Shown in pieces: positions 52,789-64,000 of a stretch of 64,000 nt of DNA; within the stretch, counting starts at the first letter, position 1, and every line of letters starts with the position of its first letter. The stretch spans positions 5,828,001-5,892,000 of the forward strand of contig JAQFVV010000011.1 in the NCBI GenBank assembly GCA_028023455.1, written 5' to 3'. This DNA is from Epiperipatus broadwayi (Eukaryota; Animalia; Onychophora). The notes beneath the pieces were generated by a model. The model did no database searches. It was not told where the DNA came from and saw only the letters and a list, made by a program, of their open reading frames with translations. A program made the translations under genes and the position numbers.

Positions 52789-53372
52789 GTAAGTATTACT
52801 TATATTAATAATAATATATAAATAAATTCCATGAATCACATTTCATACATATATGAACTCCATGACTAATTAAAATATGTAAAAAATAAGTCATTAAAAT
52901 TGTTTTATCAAATCCTAATGAAAAAAGATCAGATAATAATTTGAAAATATGTTATTATTATTTTAACATCGGTGATGAAACTGTTTTAATGGCCAGGTGC
53001 ATTTCATATTAGCATTCAGAAATATGGCTACTTCAATAGTTATTATTTGTCATTAATGTCAATAAACTGAAGTATTAAAAATTCAGTTAAAAATTAATTT
53101 CACTAATCATCATTTATATGTGGGATTTTTAAATAGCTCTTTTAACTATTCAATCATTCTTTTAATCAATTTCCAGCCATTTAAAATTATTTCTATAATC
53201 TTTTTTTGCTATTGAATACTATTTTGCTGTTAGATATGCATAGTCTTGTAATATATATTTCTAAGTCATTGATACAATCAAATGGTTTATATAATTTTAT
53301 TGTGATTATTACATATAATGTTATAGAGAATGCCATTATATGTTAAGCATTAAAAGTTATGTAATTTGAAAT

Positions 53373-53578
53373 ATGAGTTGCTAATCTAAATTGTTCTAAG
53401 AGAGCAATAAGCAAGAATACCCAATGATGGTCAAGGGTATTATTGGTGTATTTTAAATCTATTGCTTGAATATCCTAGCACCTCGCTGAGGAAGCCAGAG
53501 GCAGAAACCAATCTGAGGTTAGGGATATTCTGAAAAGCTTGTTAAGAGCTATTGGCAAACTCATGTGATATATGACTT
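53373..53578 (+). mobile_element. Old diverged hammerhead element related to the 26.2-kb element
   Basis: ACCTCG | CTGAGGA | A-GCC-AGA-GGC-A | GAAA | C-CA-ATC | TGAGGT at 53480-53519. The tail AAAGCTTGTTAAGAGCTATTGGCAAACTCATGTGATATATGACTT resembles the 26.5-kb tail AAAGCTTGTAGAGGAATTGGAAATCCTCACTGTTTATAACTT. A weak inverted copy starts near 53373. Confidence 0.6.
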
Positions 53579-53736
53579 GATTTTTTTTGCAAATATATAT
53601 ATATATAACTATAGAATAGATAATTGGTCAAGAGGAAACATCATGATAATGTTTCTATAAGGGATGAAAACCTGGTTTGACATGTTAAATAAATGTTTAT
53701 TGATTTTTAATTGTCTATTTCAATTTTGTTTAAGAT

Positions 53737-53808
53737 TAATTATTATTTTAAATATATATATACACACATGGATAATTATTATTTTAAATATATATATACA
53801 CACATGGA
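53737..53808. repeat. Perfect 36-bp tandem duplication
   Basis: TAATTATTATTTTAAATATATATATACACACATGGA occurs twice. Confidence 0.85.
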
Positions 53809-54463
53809 TGTATTTAAGTAAAACTAATGGACACTTTTTATAAGGGAGAGAAATAATCAATATTTTTAGTTGGTAATTTAGATTGTATTTTGAAAAATAA
53901 TTTATGAATAAAATGTTTATGTATAAGAACTTGAAAAAATAAAATAAAAGAAATTGAATCTAACACATTGATTGTCATGTTGTATTTGAATAAATTCTTA
54001 GCAAACTGAATTGAATATTTTATTTATTTAAAATCTCATTCATACTCATAATAGAACCTTTTTTGATAAAAACTATTACTTTAATCTAAAATTAATTAAT
54101 ATTTTGAATACAAGTATAATTTTTTATATATATTGTAAAAGTACAGAAAATAGGGGGTTTATAAGGGAGAATCTGGAATTACAAGGTTCCATAACTGGAT
54201 AGCCACATTAGGGCTGAATTATGAGATGGGAAACCATTATCATTCTCAAATAACCAAAATATAAAAGGAATGAACATGAGAGATCAGCACAGAATTAACT
54301 ATAAGTTCACCAGCATTACACAAAAGTAATAATCATTCATCATCATGAATGATCAACAATAAAAATAAATCAACAGTCAGTCAGTGACTGGATTTGAAAA
54401 TGGTCCCACTTTAGACCAGTCTATCTATTTAGCCATTGCCAAACCTAGAGCAGGAATACAAAC

Positions 54464-54815
54464 AATAAATTATCTGTCAAAACCGCACATGATCAACATT
54501 TCATATGCATACACATGCTGTTAACTAGAGTACTAAACTCTTCATAGAGTAGTGCCTCTAAGTGCAAGCTTTTGTAATCAATAGATGCAGGGAGGCTTGT
54601 GCATAAAATTTTTGTCTAGTGCATTAGATCCTAAGGTCTAGGTGCAGTGCTCCCAAATCCAAGGCTCATCACTGATGAAAGCCACAAACTAGAAACTAGT
54701 CTGGTGAGGCACCAGATTGGGAATTTATGCACAAACCTTCCTGGTTCCATTAATTACAAAAACTTTGGTGGCACTACTGTACGGAGAGTGTGGTATTTTT
54801 ATTAATAATTATCTG
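54464..54815 (+). mobile_element. Fold-back insertion with hammerhead, about 12-bp TSD, empty site visible in the paralogous duplicate
   Basis: Insert 54477-54803 is flanked by AATAA(A)TTATCTG (54464-54476 and 54804-54815). The duplicate near 57241-57260 reads AACAATAATTATCTGGATGC with no insert. Diverged inverted arms at ~54537-54625 and ~54715-54788. Confidence 0.75.
54665..54708 (+). ncRNA. Type-I hammerhead ribozyme motif, core intact, stem II weak
   Basis: CTCATCA | CTGATGA | AAGCCACAAACTA | GAAA | C-TA-GTC | TGGTGAG. Stem I has 7 bp (one G-U). Stem III is the palindrome ACTAGT. GUC predicts cleavage after 54701. Stem II pairs poorly. Confidence 0.7.
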
Positions 54816-55464
54816 GATGCATATACATAGATACTATTCTATCAAAATACAATAATAAGTCAAATAATGCTGAAATACTAAAAATGTCCTGACCATTATC
54901 AATGCTCTGGCCACTTAGTACCATTAATATACTAGCCAACTATAAACTAAATTTCTAAAGAAATAATAAATAAAATATCTCTTTGCATCTGCCAGGATCA
55001 TCTGAATGTCCATAACACTAAACAAACCCCCAATCTAAATAGTTTTATTGGCGTCAATTAAAAATCCTAGAATTCTAAGCTGTCATGAAAGAAAGTCACT
55101 ATTTTTAAATAATTATTTAATAATTAATTGATTAACAATAAATAAAAGAAATTGACATTGTAAATATTCATTTCATCAAAAAATATATTTTTCTAAAAAT
55201 CATATTAACTAGTTGATTTCTATTCATTAAGTTATTTCTTTAAAATAACTAAGACTTTGAAAAACACTATTTTCAAAAAAGTCAAAGACCATAATTTTTG
55301 ACTTAGCTTAATTAATTTTCTATTAAGTTTTAGGTGGGAAAAATAATATTTCACAAGAAAAAAAAATTTTTTTTTTTTTTAAAAAAAACCCCTTTCATAA
55401 TTTTTACCGTTTTAATCCATTTTAACATTTCTATTTTTCTACTTTCCACTTCTCTTTGTGGATT

Positions 55465-55640
55465 CTTTTTATTATTTTCTTCTCCTTGTTTATTATCTTC
55501 TCTACATTGGTCTCTTTTTATTATCTTCTTTTTGTTTATTTTCTTATCTTGATTGGTCTCTCTTATCTTCTCTTTGTTGGTCTTTTTTATTATCTTTTCT
55601 CTGTTTATTATCTTCTCTTTGTTGGTCTCCTTTTATTATC
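55465..55640. repeat. Pyrimidine-rich degenerate minisatellite
   Basis: Repeated TTATTATCTTCTCTTTGTTGGTCT-like units of about 25-27 bp. They explain the overlapping F/L/S-rich ORFs at 55334-55846. Confidence 0.7.
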
Positions 55641-58299
55641 TTTAAATGTTTTTAATAATTGGACTAATATGGAATCATCTATTATTTTCTGGGTTCCTTC
55701 CATTTGGTTCTAATCATTTTCTGAAGGATCACATTCTTCTTTCATCTTTTTCATTTTTCCTATTGTCAGCACAGATGTTTCAATTGAGCTTTTACTCTTT
55801 AAGAAAAACTATTAAATTATTTTTTACACAGGAAATACAAATATGAACTTTTCAAAATATCATAAAATAAGCTTAACATTACTTCTCTTTCATGGAACTG
55901 TATTTTACCTTGCCTAACACTACTACTATTATTATTACCCCTAATCTGTCTTTCAACCTTATTGTCTCAATACCTGACTTTATTTGATTAAGTTATTTCC
56001 CCTGCTTTATTCTCCAATTCTATTCTGTTCATGTATGTGTGACTGATTTCAATTTTTTTTGTGTGTTTTTATTTTAAGTATATATGTATGTACAAAATAA
56101 GTTCCTGTTACAAACCATATATTAAAACTTTTTTTTTTTAGAGATATGAGGCGAATCTGACTGCAAAAAAATACATAGTGACCTGCAACCCTGGAATAGA
56201 TACAGAATCCATCTTTTGGATTATAAGTACACAATGCAGCATGAACACCCAAAAATTTATGTCAATGTAGTCACTATAAGCTACTGCAATCCAAAATGAT
56301 GCAAAAATATTTGCAAAAATCCTGCTTATTTGAGTTTTAGGGACTGGAAAATACAGAACTATGCCTTGCTCCTTTTCTTGGAGTCTTAGAAGCTGGGGGT
56401 CATGGCAGCACTATGTTAACTGGACCATGATAAACAATAAAAATTATACAAATCCCAGAGCATGTTGGATTAATGCTTGAGAAAGAACACTCCATGAAAT
56501 TGCATGAAAACATTGCACCCTCAAGCTAAGAAGAAACCCTCTATCCATCTCCAAAACAAAGTATATTTAAACAATTTTCAACAGTCAAATCTCAATCTAA
56601 TTTCCAAATTCATGCTTTGATTTTTGTTCATAACACTACTATTTTATAATTTATAATCAAATTATAACAATCATTCTCTACATTCTTGTCATATATTACA
56701 GTGATACATTTTAAATTAATTCTGCATCAAAATACAGTTTTATTTTGCAAGGGTATTTCTGAGATTCAAGTTACGTGATCACTGACCACCAAAACCTGAC
56801 CATCATCAGGCCCCATGTTGGGCACTAATTGTACCAGTACAGAAGATAGGTTATTAATACAAGAAGAATCTGGAGTTACAAGGTGCCACATTTGGATAGC
56901 CAGTTGTAACAATGGAAAATAGAAGGTTAGTCAGGGGGAATCTGGAGTTACAAGACCCTACATCAGCTTAGCCATTCATAACAGTACACCATATTAGGGC
57001 TGAATTACAAGTTGGAAAACCATCATCATCCTGAAATAAATAAAATATAAAACTAAATATAAAAGGAATGAGCATGAGAGATCAGCACAGAATTAACTAT
57101 TCATCAGCATTACAGAAAAGTAATAATTATTTATCATTATAAATGATCAACAGTAAAAATAAATTTTGTGACTGGATTTGAAAGTGGTCCATAGACCAGC
57201 CTAACTATTTGGCCAGTGCTAAATCTAGGGCAAGAATACAAACAATAATTATCTGGATGCACATATTTATATGCTACTCCATCAAAATACAACAATAAGT
57301 CAAATAATTCTGAGATATTAAAAACATCCTGACCATCATCGCTGCTCAGACCACTTAGTACCATTAATGTACTGGCCACTTATAAACTAAATTTCTAAAG
57401 AATTAATAAATGAAATGTAGTGCATGGACTTTAAAGAATATTGTGTTGCACAAACCAGAGTCATTTGAATGTCCATAGCACTAAACTTAAACTCCTAATC
57501 TATGTAACTAATTGTTATGCACAAAACTCGTTCAGGAAACAAGTATTCTATAAACTATTGCTGTGAGCAAGAGATAAATAAATAAGGCAACATAGTGTAA
57601 ATCACTTTAAATAATACCTAGGTTTTGAATAGTTTTATTGGAATCATTTAAAAAAATCCTAGAATACTAAGCTCTCATGAAATAATCACTCATACTGCCA
57701 ATTCATGTAACTCCAGGTGGAGGAATAGATTTAGACTTAAAAATATTTTAAAACAACTATTTAATAACTAATTGATTAAAAATAAATAAAAGAAATTGAC
57801 ATGATAGTATGAAATTTTAACATTCATTTCATGAAAAAATTATATTTTCCTAAAAATTACATTAACCAGTTAATTTCTATTCATTAAATTAACTTTTAAG
57901 TCATTAAGTTATTTCTTTAAAATAGCTAATAGTTGGAAAAACATCATTTTCAACAAAATCAAAGATTATAATTTTTGACTTAGCTTAATTCATCTTTTGT
58001 TAAGTGTTAGGCTGAAAAATGTTTCAAAAAAAAAAAATAATAACATTAAAAAAAATTAAATTTTCTAATAAAAAACTTTCATAATTTTAAAGAGAAAACT
58101 AAATGGATTAAAAAATATATGTTTCACAATTTGAAAACATTAACTTGATGAAAATATTTCAAATTATCAATTCTTATAAAAAATTCCTTTAGATATATAA
58201 AAAAAAATTATTATTATTAATAAAAATATACTGTGCATACAAAAGAATTACTTTAATCATGCTTTTTTTTAACTGTGGAGTCCTTTCCATTGTAATTTC

Positions 58300-59000
58300 C
58301 AGTTTTTCCGGTTGAGTTTTCTTCTACACATGAACATGGTTTGTTTGTTCTTTTTCCAGTCTAGAGTATTTTATTTTCAAGTTAACAATAGCAAAATTTT
58401 ATTCATATTCTTTTAATACATTTCCCAGGTGAGACAAACACAGGCAGAGACCCATACTCTTGGTTGAAGAAAAGGTTGCAGATTACTTTAGGGGATAACT
58501 TCTCTATGTTTTTATTTCACTGAAGGAAAATTACATGGAGGGAGAGGATGTCTAGTTTTTATATATTAGCACATGGTTTTTATTGTAGAAATCATTTTTA
58601 TAAGTAAACTCATAGTATTTTAAAAGCTTGATGAAATTTTCTGCCATTAACAGCTTGGTTAAGATTTTTGCTGTACTGTGCAACAACTTGGCGAAGACTT
58701 CTGCTTTTTTCTTCTTTATTAGCTAGAGTAAGACTTGACTGCTTTGTCTTTAACAACTAAGTTATGAATATCTCCTTCCTACCAGACATGTTGGTCTTTT
58801 GACTTATTCACACTCCCATTATTATTTTTCTGGAACAATCTTGACTACAAGGTGATCATAATCTGTCTCCAACCTGATAATTTTTATAACAACCAATTAG
58901 ATAATTTTTTACAAATACATTTGTTGACCTATTTTCCTCCTTAATCATAAACATTGAAAGACAAATCAAGAACTTAAATTAATATCATAAAATTCTTGGC
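58300..59000 (-). mobile_element. Decayed LINE APE-endonuclease-like remnant
   Basis: The minus strand is A-rich with a DYDH (SDH-like) motif near 58855. Many stops. Confidence 0.3.
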
Positions 59001-62000
59001 ATTTCTTTCAAATTAAAAAAAAATTTCTTGTAAAAAAGAAAAACAAGATAATCAATTAATTTACACTGATTTGATTTTTTGTAATGAAGACAGATAAAAA
59101 GAAAAACAAGTAATTAAAAATAAAATTTACCAAAAGTTTTAAAATCTTATTTTTTTCTTTTTAAAAATACTCTTAAACATAAAACTTAATTTCTCTTAAA
59201 AGATTTAAATTAAATATTAAACAATTTACTAAAAAGAGTAAGTTTTTTTTCTTACTACATTTTTTAAAAAAAAATTAAAAACACTGCTAATCAAATACAA
59301 TTATTAGAGAAAACAAAAGAAAATATTTATATGATTTTATACTTTTCTTTCTCTTCTACCAACATTTACAGTTTACAGTACATATTAAAATATGCATATT
59401 ATAATTTTTTTTAAAAAGGATTGACAATTATTTTTTTTAAAAAAATCTAGAATGTTCCTACTATCATGTAGAAATCAAATAAAATATTTAACTAATTTCA
59501 GACCCATTATTATTATAAAAAAATATGCATAAGAAAATTAAATACTATTTTCCTCATTAATTAAATAATTCTATACTTAAACCCAAGGAGTATGCTGACA
59601 ATTATCTTTTTTATTTTTAATAGTTGAGCAATGTATCTAACTGGTTACAATATATATATATATGGAGTTTTAATATAATGTAGGGGATTTGAACACAGAC
59701 TTTCAAGCTCCCTTCCCACCATCCACTCCTATTTCAAAAATTAATTGAGTAATATTTTAAATATTTAATTATAATCATTTTCAAGGGTATAAAAGTCCAA
59801 GAAATTTAAATCTACCTTCCTTTTATCTAAAATTAAGAATATGTTTAAATTATTAATTTGAATATCATTCTAATAAATTCAAAACCTTTGCTTTTTTTTT
59901 AGGGTCCAAATCCAGCACAAATATCTGTAACTTAACATATGTGGTTTTTTTTTTAATTTTTAAATATATTGTAACGGTCAAGTTTCATACATTCGCATAA
60001 TACAATCTAGGATCCCAGCAAAAAGGCCAAAGCAGACCAGACCTGGACTGTGATGTCTCAAATCCGAACTCATTTTCCAGTACTCCACGACTCAAGACCC
60101 TATGAACAACCACACTTGGAAGTTACATGTAGTATATCCATTTTTCACAGCTGGCATAGGGCAGGGAGAAACATAAAGACTTGGGGATTTAAATATATAT
60201 ATATTAGCTAATTTAATTGCCACCAGTATGAAATTAAAGATAACATTCGGAAATTATAATCAATGCATAGATGGTTATATCACATATTGGATTGAAATAA
60301 GAATGAGAAATCTTACAAAAACAGAATAAATTTGACATATATATTTATTAAATAAATAGAACATAAATTAGTGTGGGAAAAGCACACAGGCTCTATAATA
60401 AAAGGATTAGCATATCTTCTCATTAAAACTTTAATTATTAATATGAGTTGATATATTTAAAGAAATCACTAAGCTGTGCCTACCTTAGGTTATGCCAATT
60501 CCTGTTGAAAGTGGTAGCTACTATTATAAGAATGCTGTATTAGTCTTAAGCAAAATATTTATTGCGACATTATTACTTTAATAAAGTATGAGTGTATAAC
60601 TCAGTTCAGGGTAGAGATTGAACCCAGAAACCAAATATATAAATTTCAGTTTAATACTGAATAATTAAATTATGGGACTCAGAATTGGCTATACGAGATC
60701 ACCGACACATTACCGCTCTGGCAAATTACAATAACAGAGCGTCCTGTGGATAGATTAAAGTCAAGAGTTTTAGTGACAACACCAGTACTCTGGGACCGAG
60801 GATCATGCTGCTAAAAGGTTGGGGTGGCTAACACGTCTGCCTGGAATTATATATCAGGTCTTACTAGTGTGTGCCCTGAAAGAAGGTAAGATGGGGTGGT
60901 CTGTACATTGAACATGAATTTAATATATCTAATCCGCCAAGAGAAAGTATGACATTAATTATTACAAAAATATGGGGCAATAGCCCCAGTCAGTATTACT
61001 ATTATGAGCCAATTCTAACAATGCTATATAATCAAGTGACATTAGAGGGATAAATAGAATATAATAAAACTCTGGTTTATAGGTTTCAATCTATACATAA
61101 AAATTATTATGAGAGAGGGGAAAATATATTTGATTGACTGGCCAAATAATTACTGAATATACATTCATATTACTAAGACTAATACATTACTCTATTCAGA
61201 AATCTCAATAAGATGGAAATTTAATCTAATAGTAAGCACAATACTTTTTAAATTAAATAAGAATTATAGGAATTCGAACCAGCGAGCATGGAGAATGTCA
61301 TTAAGAAAACAGTTATGAGAGGATATTTGCAATTATATCTCCAAATATTTATTACGTTTAAATGCTCGCTGCTTTGAAGCATTGGCATATAAATAAAAAT
61401 ATAACAGTAAAGAAATATTATAGGCACAACCGTAGTGATAGAATAAGAAATTAGCATAGGTTATATTTATTTTAATCAAGATATTTGTAAAGATATAGGC
61501 AAGTTATACAAATGATATAATATTTCCTTTAACAAGAATTTATAATGAAACATTTATAGGATTTAGAAAATTACATTAGATTATTGTTTGCTAGCTTTAA
61601 ACTTTTAAGTAGAAATTTTGGATTTAGAAATAGTTTGTTAAACTAGAGCTCTGTGGCTATAGGTTGGCATTACTGATTAGTTGAACTGGATAGGCAGTTG
61701 TTTGGCTTACAGGTATCGTGGTGGTCTTCTTGAGTAGGCATAGCATTGACATTAAGGAAGTAGGCTATTGTTTGACAGCTTCATGTGGAAGCTCCGGTAG
61801 TTGAAGCATCAGCTGGCAGTGAGCACATGTTTCCTCCATGAACTTAGAAGCAGCAATCATCCATTTTCCAGTCAGACTTTTCAAAGATCAATCTGACATG
61901 GATTAGGTATGGCGATGCTCTTCTAAAATTAATGACTCCCATTCTCAAGCTCAAAATATACCCTATTTATACTTTTATTTCAAAAGTACTTAACTAGAAA

Positions 62001-64000
62001 AGAACTTGTTTTGCCTGGAAACCCATTAACTCTTAAAATATCACACTAAATTGTAAGATTTCCCTATTTGATCAAAAATACTTTCGTTTAGGCTTCCATG
62101 ATGCCGCAAATCCTCCAGGTGTCAAAATAGTTTTGCTACAGCGATTTTAACGAATACACTTTTGCCATAAACAAATTCGAATCTGTTTATGGCTAAATTT
62201 TTATTTTTAACTAATTTAACTAAAAACTTTTTGCTCTTTTACAAAACTAGATCACGCTACTCTCTCTCTATATATTATTATATATGGTGAATCATACTTC
62301 CACATACGAATTTATATTTACTAAATTTAATAAATTGACATTGCAATTATTTAAAATTATAACATAAATCATTTATTTATAAAATATAAAATTTAAACAT
62401 TATATTGCTGTAACAACTACTAGCCTGTGTATGTACAGCGTTTATTAATATGTGCATATATAATGCTGTGCACCCAGCCATGATAGAAAGGTTTATACAT
62501 TTATTTATTAAGTGAACATTTTAATAGGGTTTGAACCCAGCACAGATAGGTTTGATGGTTAAAATAAAACATGCAACAAGAAGGGTTTGAACCTGACCAT
62601 TGCAATATATACATATTTGTTGTTCCTGTTTTTTTTTTTAAATTTTATTTAAATATTTACAACATAATAACAAATATTTTCAAATTCTTCATTTCATAAT
62701 CAAAAATTAAATCTCAATTTTTGATTCATATATTTTTTTTTTTTTGGCACTAGCCTCAGGCCTTCAAAAGCAAAGTATTTTTTTTTTTGTCTCATATATT
62801 TTTATTTTTAATTATTTGTTTATTTTTACAATCATTCAAATTTATTTTTATCTTTTCTCTATCTCATTCCAATTTTTATTATTATACCAATTAGAAATTT
62901 TATCTTGTTTAATCTTTATGGGAATAAAATCTTTGTGTAAATCCTTATCATATTTTACCTTTAATTTTTATCTATTTAGTTGTTTGACTTTTTTAAAATC
63001 ATCACTTTAAACTATTTTACCTATTCTATTAGGAGTCCATAAATTGTAAACTTCCAAACATTTTAGCTTGCCCTCCTCATATCTTGTATAGAAAATTGAC
63101 CAATAATATTTTTTTTCTAATAACATCATCCAATTTCTAATGCAATTTTTACTCTACAAATATCTTTCACGTTAACATAAGTTTCGAATACTGTCGGGTA
63201 TTTGTTGCATTATTATAAAAGTCTCATACTAGTTAGCAACTACATGTTTTAGTAACCTATACTTTATGCTAGTGATAGAATGTTTTTGGCAAGAGTGGTA
63301 TATACATCTGCATTGGAGTAATAATTCTCTCCATTTAATCTATTTCAGGGTCATCTATTGTAAGCATAAAAATATACTAGATGATAATATCCATCCAAAT
63401 CTTATTTCTGGGTATTGGCTTTCATCAAAGAGAGGTAATGGATTTGCGCATTGAGCAGCTTCTTTGATGTTTTTTATTTGTGCAAGCTAATAATTTTGAG
63501 ATTTACAAACATTCTAAAATATTATTTTGGTTCTACAAATGAAGTAAATGTGACAGGTAGATTTGTTCGTGTAAATCTAAGACTTTTCACTGAGAGTTCA
63601 ATAGCAGAAAGCTAATCTAGAGATTTGAATACAGCATTACTGGGTAGAGCCCATTGATTACTTAAATGTACAATTTTGGAAAATAGAGTTAATTAATGCC
63701 CTTTATGTGGATGTTGAAAGTAAACAGACAAAGTCATGTGATACTTTATTTGATACATTTCATTCTTTCCAAAGAGTAAAGATATCTTCAGTTAGTATAA
63801 AACTGCATTTACTAAAATATATAGTTGCCAGTATCAAGCTTCTGTAACCATAGAAGTAAGAGTATTTGAATCTTAGATTTTTGGCAGGAGAAGTATAAAA
63901 GAAATAAAGAGTGGCTGTTGGATATGTAATTACAAATGTGTTGTTCTTCATTGATGAAAGGCAAAAATGAGAAAATAGCCCGAATATTTGAATATGGTCT

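Larger units (their letters stand above)
54165..58095 (+). repeat. Local direct duplication of ~1.2 kb (54165-55410 and 56865-58095)
   Basis: Colinear shared blocks include GAATCTGGA(A/G)TTACAAG, CATGAGAGATCAGCACAGAATTAACTAT, CCACTTAGTACCATTAAT, CTAAATTTCTAAAGAA and ATAATTTTTGACTTAGCTTAATT. The copies are noticeably diverged. Confidence 0.85.

Noticed and set aside
60680-60910. GC-richer patch ending in GAAG|GTAAGA, as a host exon
   Set aside because: All three plus frames have stops upstream of the donor-like site, there is no clear acceptor, and there is no similarity to PP2A B''.
1337-63951. ORFs of the supplied six-frame track as genes
   Set aside because: They are short and F/L/I/Y/K-rich, as expected by chance in very AT-rich DNA. 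The few meaningful ones (20339-20527, 21387-21599, 32061-32309, 34999-35268) are transposon fragments.

Overview
Very AT-rich (about a quarter GC by eye), CpG-mosaic eukaryotic DNA, probably from an invertebrate. It is almost entirely non-coding and full of transposon remnants. None of the ORFs in the supplied track is a credible host gene. The only host-gene piece I can support is one 103-bp internal exon (52686-52788, +, AG/GT-bounded) encoding LTESCHDQSSRFVKLVAKPNCSYLVPEDFVPFIQ, a PP2A B'' regulatory subunit (PPP2R3A/PR72-like). Most of the window is therefore probably intron. Recognisable repeats are three RTE-clade LINE copies, an L1/Tx1-like RT/zf-RVT fragment, a decayed Penelope-like element (RT, GIY-YIG and a 3' hammerhead-like motif), IS1595-like/Merlin transposase remnants, a ~97-bp tRNA-derived SINE with a 16-bp TSD, and a ~1.2-kb local duplication. 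The most striking signal is a recurring architecture. Several fold-back (long inverted-repeat) insertions look like MITEs but carry minimal type-I hammerhead ribozyme cores at or near the hairpin centre, have a one-sided tail, and are bounded by 9-15-bp target-site duplications. The ribozyme at 26387-26425 matches the canonical core exactly. These look like non-autonomous Penelope-type, ribozyme-bearing hairpin retroelements from several unrelated sequence families. All of this comes from manual reading, with no alignment or folding software.
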